DNA from: Gemmatimonadota bacterium
GTDB lineage: Bacteria > Gemmatimonadota > Gemmatimonadetes > Gemmatimonadales > Gemmatimonadaceae
Reading direction: 5' to 3'
Length of the DNA stretch: 60,801 bases
Assembly (NCBI GenBank): GCA_038041995.1
Contig: JBBTFF010000050.1
Span: 7,176-67,976 of the forward strand
Shown in pieces: positions 45,611-54,647 of this stretch (positions within the stretch are counted from its first letter, which is position 1; every line of letters starts with the position of its first letter). The notes below the pieces were generated by a model, which had not been told where the DNA came from, ran no database searches, and saw only the letters and a program-made list of their open reading frames with translations. A program made the position numbers and the translations under genes.

Positions 45611-48600
45611 ATGAACCACAAGGCAGCGCCGGGGCTGCTTCACGAGTTCTTCACACGCGCGGCCCGTACGTGGCCACATCGGGTCGCCGTTGACGTCCCC
45701 CCCAGCCGCCTTCGCCCTGCACGCCATCGCACCACCTACGCCGAACTCGACCGGCAGTCCAATGCGCTGGCCCGTCGGCTCATGTCGTTCGTCACGGGCG
45801 AGTGCATCGTCGCCATTCTGCTCCCGCGGACGTCGGCGCATCTCTACGCAGCGCAGATCGGCGTGATGAAGGCGGGCGCCGCGTATACCTGCTTCGACCT
45901 CGCGTTTCCCGACGAGCGGCTGCGCGACACCATCGACGACGCGCGCCCGATGGCTCTCCTCACGGACGCTGCCGGTCGCGCCCGTGGCCTCGCCGCGGGT
46001 TTTCCGGCGAACCGCATCATCGATGTCATCGATGCACTCCACGCACACGGTGCGGCCGATCCTGCCCCTCGCCCCGCGTGGCTCGCTCCAGCGTCCCTCG
46101 CCTACGTCATCTACACGTCGGGCACAACCGGGCGCCCCAAGGGCGTGATGATCGAGCACCGGGGCATCAGCAACCTGGTGCAGTCCGATCATGAGACCTT
46201 CTGCCTCACCCCTGACGATCGCGTCGTGCAGGGTTCGTCCGCCGCCTACGACTCCTCCATCGAGGAGGCGTGGCTCGCGTTTGCCGCGGGGGCAGCCATC
46301 GTCGTGATGGACGAGGACGCTGCGCGACTTGGCCCGGATATCGTCGGCTGGCTGCGCGACGAGCGCGTCACGGTTTTCTGCCCGCCCCCCACGCTGCTTC
46401 GCGCCACGGGATGCGAAGACCCAGCGCGTGAACTGCCCGAACTCAAGCTGCTCTACGTCGGTGGCGAGGCGCTGCCGCAGGACGTCGCCGATCGCTGGGC
46501 CACGAGCTGTGCCCTGGTCAACGGCTACGGCCCCACCGAGTGTTCCGTCACCGTCACCCGCGAGCGCATCGCCGCCGGCAAGCCGGTCACCATCGGCACA
46601 CCGGTGCCGAACGTGCAGGCGTGGATCGTCGACGATGATCTTCAACCGGTCGACGACGGCGCCCAAGGTGAGCTCGTCCTCGGCGGCATCGCGCTCGCCC
46701 GCGGCTACTGGAACCAGCCGGACCTCACGGCCCAGCGATTTCCACACCACCCGACACTCGGCCGCATTTATCGCACCGGCGACATCGCCCAGCGCGATTC
46801 CGACGGCGCGCTGCTCTACTTCGGCCGCGGCGATGCACAGGTGAAGCTGCGCGGGTACCGCGTGGAACTGGGCGCCATCGAGTCGGCGCTGATCGCCTGC
46901 GACGGCGTGCGCGCCGCCGCGTGCGCCGTGCAGAATGGCGACGGCCGGCAGACGCTCGTCGCCTTTATCGTTCCCGAGGCGATGGTCCCAGTGCCCGCCG
47001 CGGTGGCGCTGCAGGATGCGCTGCGCGCCACCCTGCCGGAGTACATGATCCCGGCACGCATTGCCACCATCGAGACGCTGCCCACCTCCCTCAGCGGCAA
47101 GCTTGACCGTACGGCACTACCATTGCTCAACGGCACCGCGCCGTCATCCGCCGGGGTGGATGCCGCGCCGACCAATGCCGTGGAGCACGCCATTGCCGAT
47201 GCGGTAAGGCAGGTGCTCCGCCACGCGACGCTCCCTGGCACGTCCGAGGATTTCTTCACCGCGCTGGGCGGTGATTCGCTGAGTGCCGCCGAGTTGATCA
47301 CGAGACTTCGAGAAAATGCCCTGACCAACGCGCTCGATGTGCGCGATGTCTACGAGGCGCGTACCGTCGCTGCGCTCGCCCGGCGTGCACGACCGCGCGC
47401 CGCCAGCGGACCCATCGCCGCGCCGAAATCCCGCGCCAGCGTTCCCGTCGCGCGCACGACCGCCCTTCAGGCACTTTCGTTGCTGCGATCGCTGCTCGTG
47501 GCATCCGTGGCACTGTGGATCGGCGCGTTCCACGTGCTCCCCGTGGTCGTCAACCGTGTGGGACTCGTGCCGTCGGTCTTCCTTGCACCACCCTTAGCAT
47601 TCTTGCTGTTGCTCGTGTGGGCGCCAGTGGCCGTGATGCTCGCCGTCCTCGGCAAACGAACGCTCATCGGACGCTACACCGCGATGCGCGCTCCGGTGTG
47701 GGGCCCGTTCTACCTCCGTCACTGGCTGGTGCAACAGTCGGTGAAATCCGTCCCGTGGTGGCTGCTCGAGGGCACACAGTTCCAGGTGATGGCGCTTCGC
47801 GCGCTTGGCGCGCGCATTGGCCAGCGCGTGCATGTCCATCGCGGCGTCAACCTCACGCGAGGCGGATGGGACCTGCTCGATATCGGCAATGACGTCACGC
47901 TGTCGCAGGATTCCGCGCTTCGCATCGCCGAGCTCGACGATGGCCACGTCGTCTTCGGTCCGGTGACGCTGGGTGACGGCGTGACGCTCGGCATTCACGC
48001 AGGTGTCGGCAGCGACTGCGTACTCGAGGCCGGCGCCTCCCTTGCCAATAGTTCGTCGCTCCCGCGCGGCACGCGCGTTCCGGCCGGTGAATGCTGGGAC
48101 GGCATTCCGGCGCGCCCTGCGGGCCAGGCGGCGCAGACGCCGGCCATCGATACCTCACGCGATCTTTCACCGCTGGCGTGCGACGCGCTCCTGCTCGGCG
48201 CGCGTTTCCTCATGTCGCTCGCTTTCGCCGCGCCGCTCGGAATATTCGCACTGCTCGCCGTGCGCGCCTGGCACGTGGAGACGACCGAAGCCACCGCCTG
48301 GTTGCTTGGCAACGCAATCAGCTGGCGCATCCTCGCCGGCATCGCCCTGCTCGAGATGTTCGCCGTCCCGTCGCGTCTCGTGCTCGGCGCGCTTGCCTGC
48401 CGGGTAATGGGACGCGTCCCGGACGGTGTCTCGTCCCGCTGGAATGCCGGGTACCTGCGCATCTGGCTCAAGCCGATGCTCGTCGACGGCGCCTCTCGCT
48501 GGTTGTACGGCACGCTCTTCTGGCCGTACTGGCTGCGACTCTCCGGCATGACCGTGGGACGCGACTGCGAGATCAGCAGTCTTATCGACACCGTGCCCGA

Positions 48601-49588
48601 AACGGTCACGATCGGGGACAAGAATTTCTTCGCCGACGGCATCTACGTCGGTAGCCCCCAGCTGCACCGCGGTACCGTGCGTGTGGCGCATACGACGTTT
48701 GGCAGCAGCACCTTCCTCGGCAATGGCGCCATCATCGCCGGGGGAATGCAGCTTCCCGACGACATACTGCTCGGCGTCTGCACCGTGGCCCGGCAGCAGC
48801 ACCTTCGCTCGGGAAGCGCCTGGTTCGGCCACCCGGCCTTCGAACTCCCGCACCGCGAAGTCATCGAATACGACGCCGCTTTCACCTTCGATCCCACGCC
48901 GCTGCGCTATGCGACGCGCGTCTTCTGGGAACTATCGCGCTTCGTCGTCCCCGCATTGCCGGTCTTCGTGGCACTCCTCTGGTTCAAGATCATCGCCGGC
49001 TGGTCGGACGTCCCGTTTCCCGTGTTCATCCTCGGCGTCCTCCCGCTCGCCACGCTCGGTGCGAGCGCGCTCTTCGCCACGCTCATCGTCGTCTTCAAGT
49101 GGACGCTGCTCGGCAAGGTACAGCCCGCCATGCATCCGTTGTGGTCGTCGTGGGCCTCGCGGTGGGATCTCGTCTGCCTCGCCTGGAACGTCTGCGCCGG
49201 GTCGCTCGTGTCGCGGCTCGACGGCACGCTGCTGCTCAATGCCTTGCTGCGACTCACCGGCGTGCACATCGGCGAACGCGTCGTGTTGGGCACCGGATTC
49301 GCCGAGGACCTGCCCGACCCCGACATGCTCACGTTCGAGGACGGCGCCACGGTGGACTGCCTGTTCCAAGCGCACACGTTCGAGGATCGCGTCCTCAAGA
49401 TGGATCGCGTGGTCGTCCGCGCCGGCGCGACCGTCGGCAGCAACGCCGTGCTGCTGTACGGCGCCGACATTGGCGAAGGTGCACGCGTGGCGCCGCACAG
49501 CGTGGTCATGAAGCACGAGCACCTGCGCCCCGGAGTGCTCTACGCCGGCTTCCCCACGCGACCGCAGGACGACGTCACCGCCTGGTAA
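45611..49588 (+). CDS. Pls/PosA-type single-module NRPS: adenylation + carrier domain + polytopic membrane region with three hexapeptide-repeat (LbH-like) soluble domains
   Basis: ATG 45611 gives a 1325-aa product. A-domain cores: TYAELDRQSNALA, LAYVIYTSGTTGRPKGV, NGYGPTE, GELVLGGIALARGYW, YRTGDIA, GRGDAQVKLRGYRVELGAIE, LPEYMIP, LSGKLDR. Carrier site: FFTALGGDSLSAAELI. Hydrophobic helix pairs then alternate with three hexapeptide-periodic segments. No C, E or TE domain. Confidence 0.8.
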   Translation: MNHKAAPGLLHEFFTRAARTWPHRVAVDVPPSRLRPARHRTTYAELDRQSNALARRLMSFVTGECIVAILLPRTSAHLYAAQIGVMKAGAAYTCFDLAFPDERLRDTIDDARPMALLTDAAGRARGLAAGFPANRIIDVIDALHAHGAADPAPRPAWLAPASLAYVIYTSGTTGRPKGVMIEHRGISNLVQSDHETFCLTPDDRVVQGSSAAYDSSIEEAWLAFAAGAAIVVMDEDAARLGPDIVGWLRDERVTVFCPPPTLLRATGCEDPARELPELKLLYVGGEALPQDVADRWATSCALVNGYGPTECSVTVTRERIAAGKPVTIGTPVPNVQAWIVDDDLQPVDDGAQGELVLGGIALARGYWNQPDLTAQRFPHHPTLGRIYRTGDIAQRDSDGALLYFGRGDAQVKLRGYRVELGAIESALIACDGVRAAACAVQNGDGRQTLVAFIVPEAMVPVPAAVALQDALRATLPEYMIPARIATIETLPTSLSGKLDRTALPLLNGTAPSSAGVDAAPTNAVEHAIADAVRQVLRHATLPGTSEDFFTALGGDSLSAAELITRLRENALTNALDVRDVYEARTVAALARRARPRAASGPIAAPKSRASVPVARTTALQALSLLRSLLVASVALWIGAFHVLPVVVNRVGLVPSVFLAPPLAFLLLLVWAPVAVMLAVLGKRTLIGRYTAMRAPVWGPFYLRHWLVQQSVKSVPWWLLEGTQFQVMALRALGARIGQRVHVHRGVNLTRGGWDLLDIGNDVTLSQDSALRIAELDDGHVVFGPVTLGDGVTLGIHAGVGSDCVLEAGASLANSSSLPRGTRVPAGECWDGIPARPAGQAAQTPAIDTSRDLSPLACDALLLGARFLMSLAFAAPLGIFALLAVRAWHVETTEATAWLLGNAISWRILAGIALLEMFAVPSRLVLGALACRVMGRVPDGVSSRWNAGYLRIWLKPMLVDGASRWLYGTLFWPYWLRLSGMTVGRDCEISSLIDTVPETVTIGDKNFFADGIYVGSPQLHRGTVRVAHTTFGSSTFLGNGAIIAGGMQLPDDILLGVCTVARQQHLRSGSAWFGHPAFELPHREVIEYDAAFTFDPTPLRYATRVFWELSRFVVPALPVFVALLWFKIIAGWSDVPFPVFILGVLPLATLGASALFATLIVVFKWTLLGKVQPAMHPLWSSWASRWDLVCLAWNVCAGSLVSRLDGTLLLNALLRLTGVHIGERVVLGTGFAEDLPDPDMLTFEDGATVDCLFQAHTFEDRVLKMDRVVVRAGATVGSNAVLLYGADIGEGARVAPHSVVMKHEHLRPGVLYAGFPTRPQDDVTAW

Positions 49589-49602
49589 CCGTCCGGCAAT
49601 GC

Positions 49603-49637
49603 CAGAGCGCCCAAGCCGCTGCGGCCGGGGCGCTCTG
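49603..49637 (+). terminator. GC-rich hairpin after the NRPS gene, leading directly into a 10-bp repeat array
   Basis: CAGAGCGCCC (49603-49612) pairs with GGGCGCTCTG (49628-49637) across a 15-nt loop. It lies 15 nt after the stop. The 3' arm is also the first repeat unit of the array. Confidence 0.5.
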
Positions 49638-49703
49638 TCGCTTTCTGTCGTCTTCTGTCGTTCTCTGTCGTTCTCTGTCGTTCTCTGTCGTTCTCTGTCG
49701 TTC
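49633..49703 (+). repeat. 10-bp tandem repeat array, family B (core CTGTCGT), about 7 units
   Basis: The units read ctctgtcgct ttctgtcgtc ttctgtcgtt ctctgtcgtt (the last unit x4). The array ends 2 nt before the tRNA-Cys 3' end. Confidence 0.9.
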
Positions 49704-49705
49704 AG

Positions 49706-49777
49706 AGGCGCCGGTCGGGATCGAACCGACGGATGGGAGATTTGCAGTCTCCTGCCTTACCACTTGGCTACGGCGCC
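49706..49777 (-). tRNA. tRNA-Cys (anticodon GCA)
   Basis: The reverse complement GGCGCCGTAGCCAAGTGGTAAGGCAGGAGACTGCAAATCTCCCATCCGTCGGTTCGATCCCGACCGGCGCCT folds as a cloverleaf. It has a 7-bp acceptor stem, anticodon stem GGAGA/TCTCC with loop CTGCAAA, T-arm GTCGG-TTCGATC-CCGAC and discriminator U. No CCA is encoded. Confidence 0.9.
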
Positions 49778-49884
49778 TTCAGAGCGGAAAACTAGCCCCC
49801 CGACGCACCCCTGACAACGTGCCGCCGGGCAAGCATCTTTGCGCCACCCTGCGCATGCAGACTGTTGCCCCACCCGGAGACCCG

Positions 49885-52800
49885 ATGATCCGCCGCTTGA
49901 CGCTGTTTGCCCTCCTCGTCACCTCGTCCGCCTCAGCCCAGATGCGCCCCGCACCGGCCCCCAAGGCGATGCCGACCCCCACCGAGACGTCGCTCTTTGC
50001 GCACTTGCGCTACCGCAACGTGGGTCCCGCACGCGGCGGACGCGTCACCACCGTGACTGGCGTCCCCAGCCAGCCCCATACCTTCTTCATGGGGTCCACC
50101 GGCGGTGGCGTCTGGAAGACCACCGACGCGGGCCAGGGTTGGGTGAACATCTCCGACCGTTTCTTCGCCGTCGGCTCCATGGGCGCCATCGAGGTTGCCC
50201 CGTCCAACCCCGACATCATTTACGCGGGAACGGGTTCCGACGGGCTCCGGTCGAATGTCTCCATCGGCAACGGCGTCTACAAATCCACTGATGCGGGCCG
50301 CTCCTGGGCGCACGTCGGCCTCAAGGACGTCGGCAACATCGGCGGAATCCGCGTACATCCGGCCAATCCCGACATTGCTTTCGTGGCTGCCATAGGCAAC
50401 CCGTTCAGGCCCAGCAACGACCGTGGCCTGTACCGCACCACCGATGGCGGCACGTCGTGGCAGCGCATCCTCTTTGTGTCTGATTCCACAGGCGCCGTGG
50501 ACATCGAGTTCCAGCCGGGCAACCCGAACACGATCTACGCCTCGATGTGGCGCGCCGAGCGCAAGCCGTGGACCATCATCTCGGGCGCACGCGAAGGCGG
50601 CGTTTACAAGTCCACCGATGGGGGCGCCACCTGGAAGAAGCTCGAAGGCGGGCTCCCCAATGACCTCGTCGGCAAGAGCAACGTCGCCGTCACGCCCGCG
50701 GATCCGAACCTCGTCTGGGTCCTCATCGAGGCCAAGCCGGGCGGCGGACTCTACCGCTCCAACGACGCCGGCGAGTCGTTCACGCTGGCCAGCAACTATG
50801 CGCAGCTCATCACGCGCCCGTTCTACTACACCAACATCACGGCACACCCCAAGGACGCCAATACAGTGTGGGTCGGCGCCGAGGGTTTCCACAAGACCAC
50901 CGATGGCGGCAAGTCGTGGCGCGCGATGAACATCCCGCACGGCGACAACCATGACCTGTGGATCAACCCCAATGACCCGCAGCTGATGGTGCAGGCCAAC
51001 GACGGCGGAGCCACTGTCACGATCAACGGTGGACGCACCTGGTCCACCCTGTACAACCAGCCCACCGCCGAGATCTACCAGGTGTACGTGGACAACCAGT
51101 TCCCGTACCGCCTGTACGGCGCCCAACAGGACAACTCCACGCTCATCGTGCCGTCACTCCCGCTGTCGTCGGGGCGCCCCGACTCGCCCATGCAGGAGTG
51201 GATGAGCGGGCCCGGCTGCGAGACGGGGCCGATCTTCCCGCACCCCACCAATCCCGACACCGTCTACGGCTCGTGCAAGGGACAGTTCTCGCGTCTGCGC
51301 ATCAGCAGCGGCGCGGAGAAGCAGTACTGGGTCGGGGCGCAGTCGCTGTACGGCAACGCCACGCAGGACCTCATCTATCGCTTTCAGCGCGTTTCGCCCA
51401 TGGAGTACTCGCCGCACGACGCGCGCGTCATCTACTATGGCTCGCAGTACGTGCACCGCACGCGTGACGAAGGCGTCACCTGGGAGCGCATCTCTCCCGA
51501 CCTCACCTCGAATCCACCCGAACTCCGCACCCATTACAGCGGTGAGCCAATCACCGTGGACGGCACCGGCGAGGAGTCGTACTCCACGCTCTACGCCATT
51601 CGTGAGGCCACGCTCGAGAAGGGTGTGATCTGGACAGGCGCGAACGATGGCCCGTTCCACGTCACCCGCGATGACGGCAAGTCGTGGAAGAATATCACGC
51701 CGAAGAACCAGCCCGCCGGCTGCCGCGTGCAGAACATCGAGCCATCGCCCCATCGTCGCGGCTCAGCCTACTACGCCGTCCTCTGCTACCTGCTCGGCGA
51801 CTTCAAGCCGTACCTCTGGCGTACAGACGACTACGGTGCCTCGTGGACGCTGCTCACCGACGGCAGCAACGGCATTGCCGCCAACGAGCCGACACGCGTC
51901 GTGCGCGAGGATCCGAAGCGTGAAGGGCTTCTTTACGCCGGCACCGAGTTCGGCATGTACGTGTCGTTCGACAACGGCGCGCGCTGGCGGTCGTTCCAGC
52001 TCAACCTCCCGGCGACGCCGATCACCGATATGAAGGTCCACCGCGACGATCTCGTGCTGTCCACGCAGGGTCGCTCGTTCTGGATTCTCGACAACCTCAC
52101 CGCACTGCACCAACTCGCGTCCAACACCGCCACCGAGAGCGCGCACCTTCTTGCGCCGCGCGACGCCGTGCGGGCGCCGTACTCGGGTTCCTTTGGCGGC
52201 GTCGAGGGCAGCCGCAATGACCCGGCCGACCCGCAGTATCCGCCGGCTGGCGCCATGATCGACTACTGGATCGCGCCGGCCCTTGCCGGCCCGGTCACCC
52301 TGGAAGTTCTCGACGCCAGAGGCGTCGTCGTGCGGTCCTTCTCCAGCGAAGGTGCCGGCGAAACGGCTACCACCGAGCCGAGCATGTGCCAGATGATCAC
52401 CGTCCGCGACGGCGCACCACGCCTCCCGCGCAACCCGGGCATGAACCGCTTCACGTGGGACCTCACCCTCCCCGGCGCATGGTCGATGATCGCCGCGCAG
52501 AGCGGTCGCAATGGCCCCACCATCGTCCCCGGCAGGTACCAGGTGCGCCTCACCGCCGGCACCACGACCGTCGCGCAGTCGCTGACCGTGCGCATCGATC
52601 CGCGTGCAGCTGCCGACGGAATCACGATCGCCGACTTGCAGGCGCAGTACGATCACAACGTGAAAGTCCGCAACCTCGTGACCGAGGTGAATCGCCTCGT
52701 CGCCACGCTCGACGAGCAACGTCGGCGTCTCGCCGGTGCGGGTGCTACGGCCGCTGACACCGTGCGCGGCATCAATGCCTTGCGCGCCACCGTCGTCACA

Positions 52801-53001
52801 CCACCGGTGCGCTACAGCAGGCCGGCGCTGCAGTCACACATTCAGTACCTCTACTGCCTCACGTCACAGGCTGACCAGCGCATCGGCCGCGATGCCACCG
52901 AACGCTACGTGACCCTTCGCCAGGAACTGGACATCACCATGGCCAGGGCCCGTGCCCTCCTGGGAGCCAGCGTCATCGACAAGACCAGAGTGGTGCCGTG
53001 A
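49885..53001 (+). CDS. Sortilin/VPS10-like BNR (Asp-box) repeat protein, secreted (paralog of 27314..30499)
   Basis: ATG 49885 gives signal peptide MIRRLTLFALLVTSSASAQ. Asp-boxes: KTTDAGQGW, STDAGRSWA, TTDGGTSWQ, STDGGATWK, TTDGGKSWR, TINGGRTWS, TRDDGKSWK. The 49099.. ORF extension overlaps the NRPS gene and the tRNA. Confidence 0.8.
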   Translation: MIRRLTLFALLVTSSASAQMRPAPAPKAMPTPTETSLFAHLRYRNVGPARGGRVTTVTGVPSQPHTFFMGSTGGGVWKTTDAGQGWVNISDRFFAVGSMGAIEVAPSNPDIIYAGTGSDGLRSNVSIGNGVYKSTDAGRSWAHVGLKDVGNIGGIRVHPANPDIAFVAAIGNPFRPSNDRGLYRTTDGGTSWQRILFVSDSTGAVDIEFQPGNPNTIYASMWRAERKPWTIISGAREGGVYKSTDGGATWKKLEGGLPNDLVGKSNVAVTPADPNLVWVLIEAKPGGGLYRSNDAGESFTLASNYAQLITRPFYYTNITAHPKDANTVWVGAEGFHKTTDGGKSWRAMNIPHGDNHDLWINPNDPQLMVQANDGGATVTINGGRTWSTLYNQPTAEIYQVYVDNQFPYRLYGAQQDNSTLIVPSLPLSSGRPDSPMQEWMSGPGCETGPIFPHPTNPDTVYGSCKGQFSRLRISSGAEKQYWVGAQSLYGNATQDLIYRFQRVSPMEYSPHDARVIYYGSQYVHRTRDEGVTWERISPDLTSNPPELRTHYSGEPITVDGTGEESYSTLYAIREATLEKGVIWTGANDGPFHVTRDDGKSWKNITPKNQPAGCRVQNIEPSPHRRGSAYYAVLCYLLGDFKPYLWRTDDYGASWTLLTDGSNGIAANEPTRVVREDPKREGLLYAGTEFGMYVSFDNGARWRSFQLNLPATPITDMKVHRDDLVLSTQGRSFWILDNLTALHQLASNTATESAHLLAPRDAVRAPYSGSFGGVEGSRNDPADPQYPPAGAMIDYWIAPALAGPVTLEVLDARGVVVRSFSSEGAGETATTEPSMCQMITVRDGAPRLPRNPGMNRFTWDLTLPGAWSMIAAQSGRNGPTIVPGRYQVRLTAGTTTVAQSLTVRIDPRAAADGITIADLQAQYDHNVKVRNLVTEVNRLVATLDEQRRRLAGAGATAADTVRGINALRATVVTPPVRYSRPALQSHIQYLYCLTSQADQRIGRDATERYVTLRQELDITMARARALLGASVIDKTRVVP

Positions 53002-54401
53002 GCCCCAAGGCCATGCGGTGGTTCGCCGTCCTTGGGGCGGCGGCCTTGGTCCTGGCCATGCCACGCCCCGACGGCATCACCGTCGAGTCGTGGCAACTGC
53101 TCGCCATCTTCACCGCGACCATCGTCGGGTCGATCGCGCAGCCAATCGCGCCGGGGGCCGTGGTCTTCCTCGGCATCTGCGCCATCGCGCTCTTCAACGT
53201 GATGACCCCCAAGTCCGCGCTTGCCGGTTTCGCGGACCCGATTGTCTGGCTGGTGCTGTGCGCCTTCTTCATTTCGCGTGGCGTGATCAAGACGGGTTTC
53301 GGACGACGTCTCGCCTTCCTGTTCATCCGCGCCATCGGCCAATCATCGCTCGGCCTGGTCTATGCCCTGATCTCCACCGATGCCCTGCTCGCCGCGTTCG
53401 TGCCCAGCAACGGCGCGCGCGCCGGCGGCGTCATCTTCCCCGTGGCCAAGTCACTCGCCGAGGCGTATGACTCGCGCCCCGGTGAGACGGCGCAGAAGCT
53501 CGGTGCGTTCCTGCTCATCGCCATTTATCAGTGCGACGTCATCGCCAGCATGATGTGGCTCACGGGGCAGGCGTCCAACGTGCTCATCGCCAAGTTTGCA
53601 CTCGACACGGCACACGTCGAGATGACCTACGGCAAGTGGATCCTCGGATCCATCGTGCCGGGCGTCATCCTGCTCATTCTCGTTCCGCTCGTCCTCTACA
53701 AGCTCTACCCGCCGGGGATCAAGCACACGCCGGACGCGGCGCGCATCGCCGGCGAGGAACTCGACAAGATGGGCGCGATGTCGCGCGACGAGCGTACCAT
53801 GCTCTTCGTCTTCGTCCTCGTTGCCGGTCTCTGGATGACGACCGCACTGCACCACATCAACTACGCGGTGGTTGCGCTGCTCGGCATCAGCGTCCTGTTC
53901 CTCAGTAACGTGCTGACCTGGGACGACATCACCGGCGAACGCCCGGCGTGGGATGTCTTCATCTGGTACGGCGGCCTTGTGCGCATGGCCGAGGCACTCG
54001 GCGAGACGGGCATCACCGTCAAGTTCGCCGAGGCTGCCGCGTCCATGACCATCGGCTGGACGTGGGGCGCCGCGCTCGCCGTTCTCTCGCTCATCTATTT
54101 CTACGCGCACTACGGGTTTGCCAGCATCACCGCGCATTCCAGCGCGATGTTCATCCCCTTTCTGGTCGTGGTCCTTGGCGCCGGCGCACCGCCGTTGCTC
54201 GCCGTGCTCACGCTGGCGTACTTCTCCAACCTCAGCGCCTGCCTCACCCACTACGGCACCACGCCGGCTCCGATCTACTTCGGGGCAGGCTACATCACCC
54301 AGAAAGACTGGTGGCTCTACGGCTTCGTCGTCTCGGTCTTGTCGATCCTCGTCTTTGCCACGATCGGCCTGGGTTGGTGGAAACTCCTCGGATGGTGGTG
54401 A
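52998..54401 (+). CDS. DASS-family anion:cation symporter (2-oxoglutarate/malate-translocator-like anion permease)
   Basis: GTG 52998 overlaps the upstream stop (GTGA). Polytopic, with the motif FVPSNGARAGGVIFPV and the second-half repeat. The overall layout resembles DiT/CitT-type DASS carriers. Confidence 0.75.
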   Translation: MSPKAMRWFAVLGAAALVLAMPRPDGITVESWQLLAIFTATIVGSIAQPIAPGAVVFLGICAIALFNVMTPKSALAGFADPIVWLVLCAFFISRGVIKTGFGRRLAFLFIRAIGQSSLGLVYALISTDALLAAFVPSNGARAGGVIFPVAKSLAEAYDSRPGETAQKLGAFLLIAIYQCDVIASMMWLTGQASNVLIAKFALDTAHVEMTYGKWILGSIVPGVILLILVPLVLYKLYPPGIKHTPDAARIAGEELDKMGAMSRDERTMLFVFVLVAGLWMTTALHHINYAVVALLGISVLFLSNVLTWDDITGERPAWDVFIWYGGLVRMAEALGETGITVKFAEAAASMTIGWTWGAALAVLSLIYFYAHYGFASITAHSSAMFIPFLVVVLGAGAPPLLAVLTLAYFSNLSACLTHYGTTPAPIYFGAGYITQKDWWLYGFVVSVLSILVFATIGLGWWKLLGWW

Positions 54402-54433
54402 ACTAAGAACCAGGTTCGTCGATCGAGTAAAGA

Positions 54434-54457
54434 GAGCAATGACATAAGTCATTGCTC
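54434..54457 (+). terminator. Perfect 10-bp hairpin after the DASS gene
   Basis: GAGCAATGAC-ataa-GTCATTGCTC lies 33 nt after the stop. It has no T-tract. A weaker hairpin followed by TTTTTT ends at ~54531. Confidence 0.4.
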
Positions 54458-54647
54458 CACCGTACCTTGCGGTGAAATGAGATCAGTAAACCGCGATGTG
54501 TCGGCAGAAACGTGCTGTTTCAGCGTTTTTTCGTGTTCAATTGTGGCTTAATTGGACTTGAAGATGCCATATCGTTGAACTAGATTTGTATAATCTGCAA
54601 GAATATCAGAACGTGCAATCACACTCCCTCGCCCGGGTATCTCCCAG

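Noticed and set aside
49633-49703. Possibility that the 10-bp arrays are CRISPR arrays
   Set aside because: The units are contiguous with no spacers, are only 10 bp long, and no cas genes are present in the window.
49701-49784. TTCAGAG direct repeats flanking tRNA-Cys as attL/attR of an integrated element
   Set aside because: The repeat is only 7 nt, no integrase or other mobile-element genes are nearby, and the repeats enclose only the tRNA itself.
54541-54560. Sigma-54 promoter upstream of glnN (TGGCTTAATTGGAC)
   Set aside because: The GG at 54545-54546 is not followed by a GC at the required +12 spacing (positions 54557-54558 are CT), so it does not fit GG-N10-GC.
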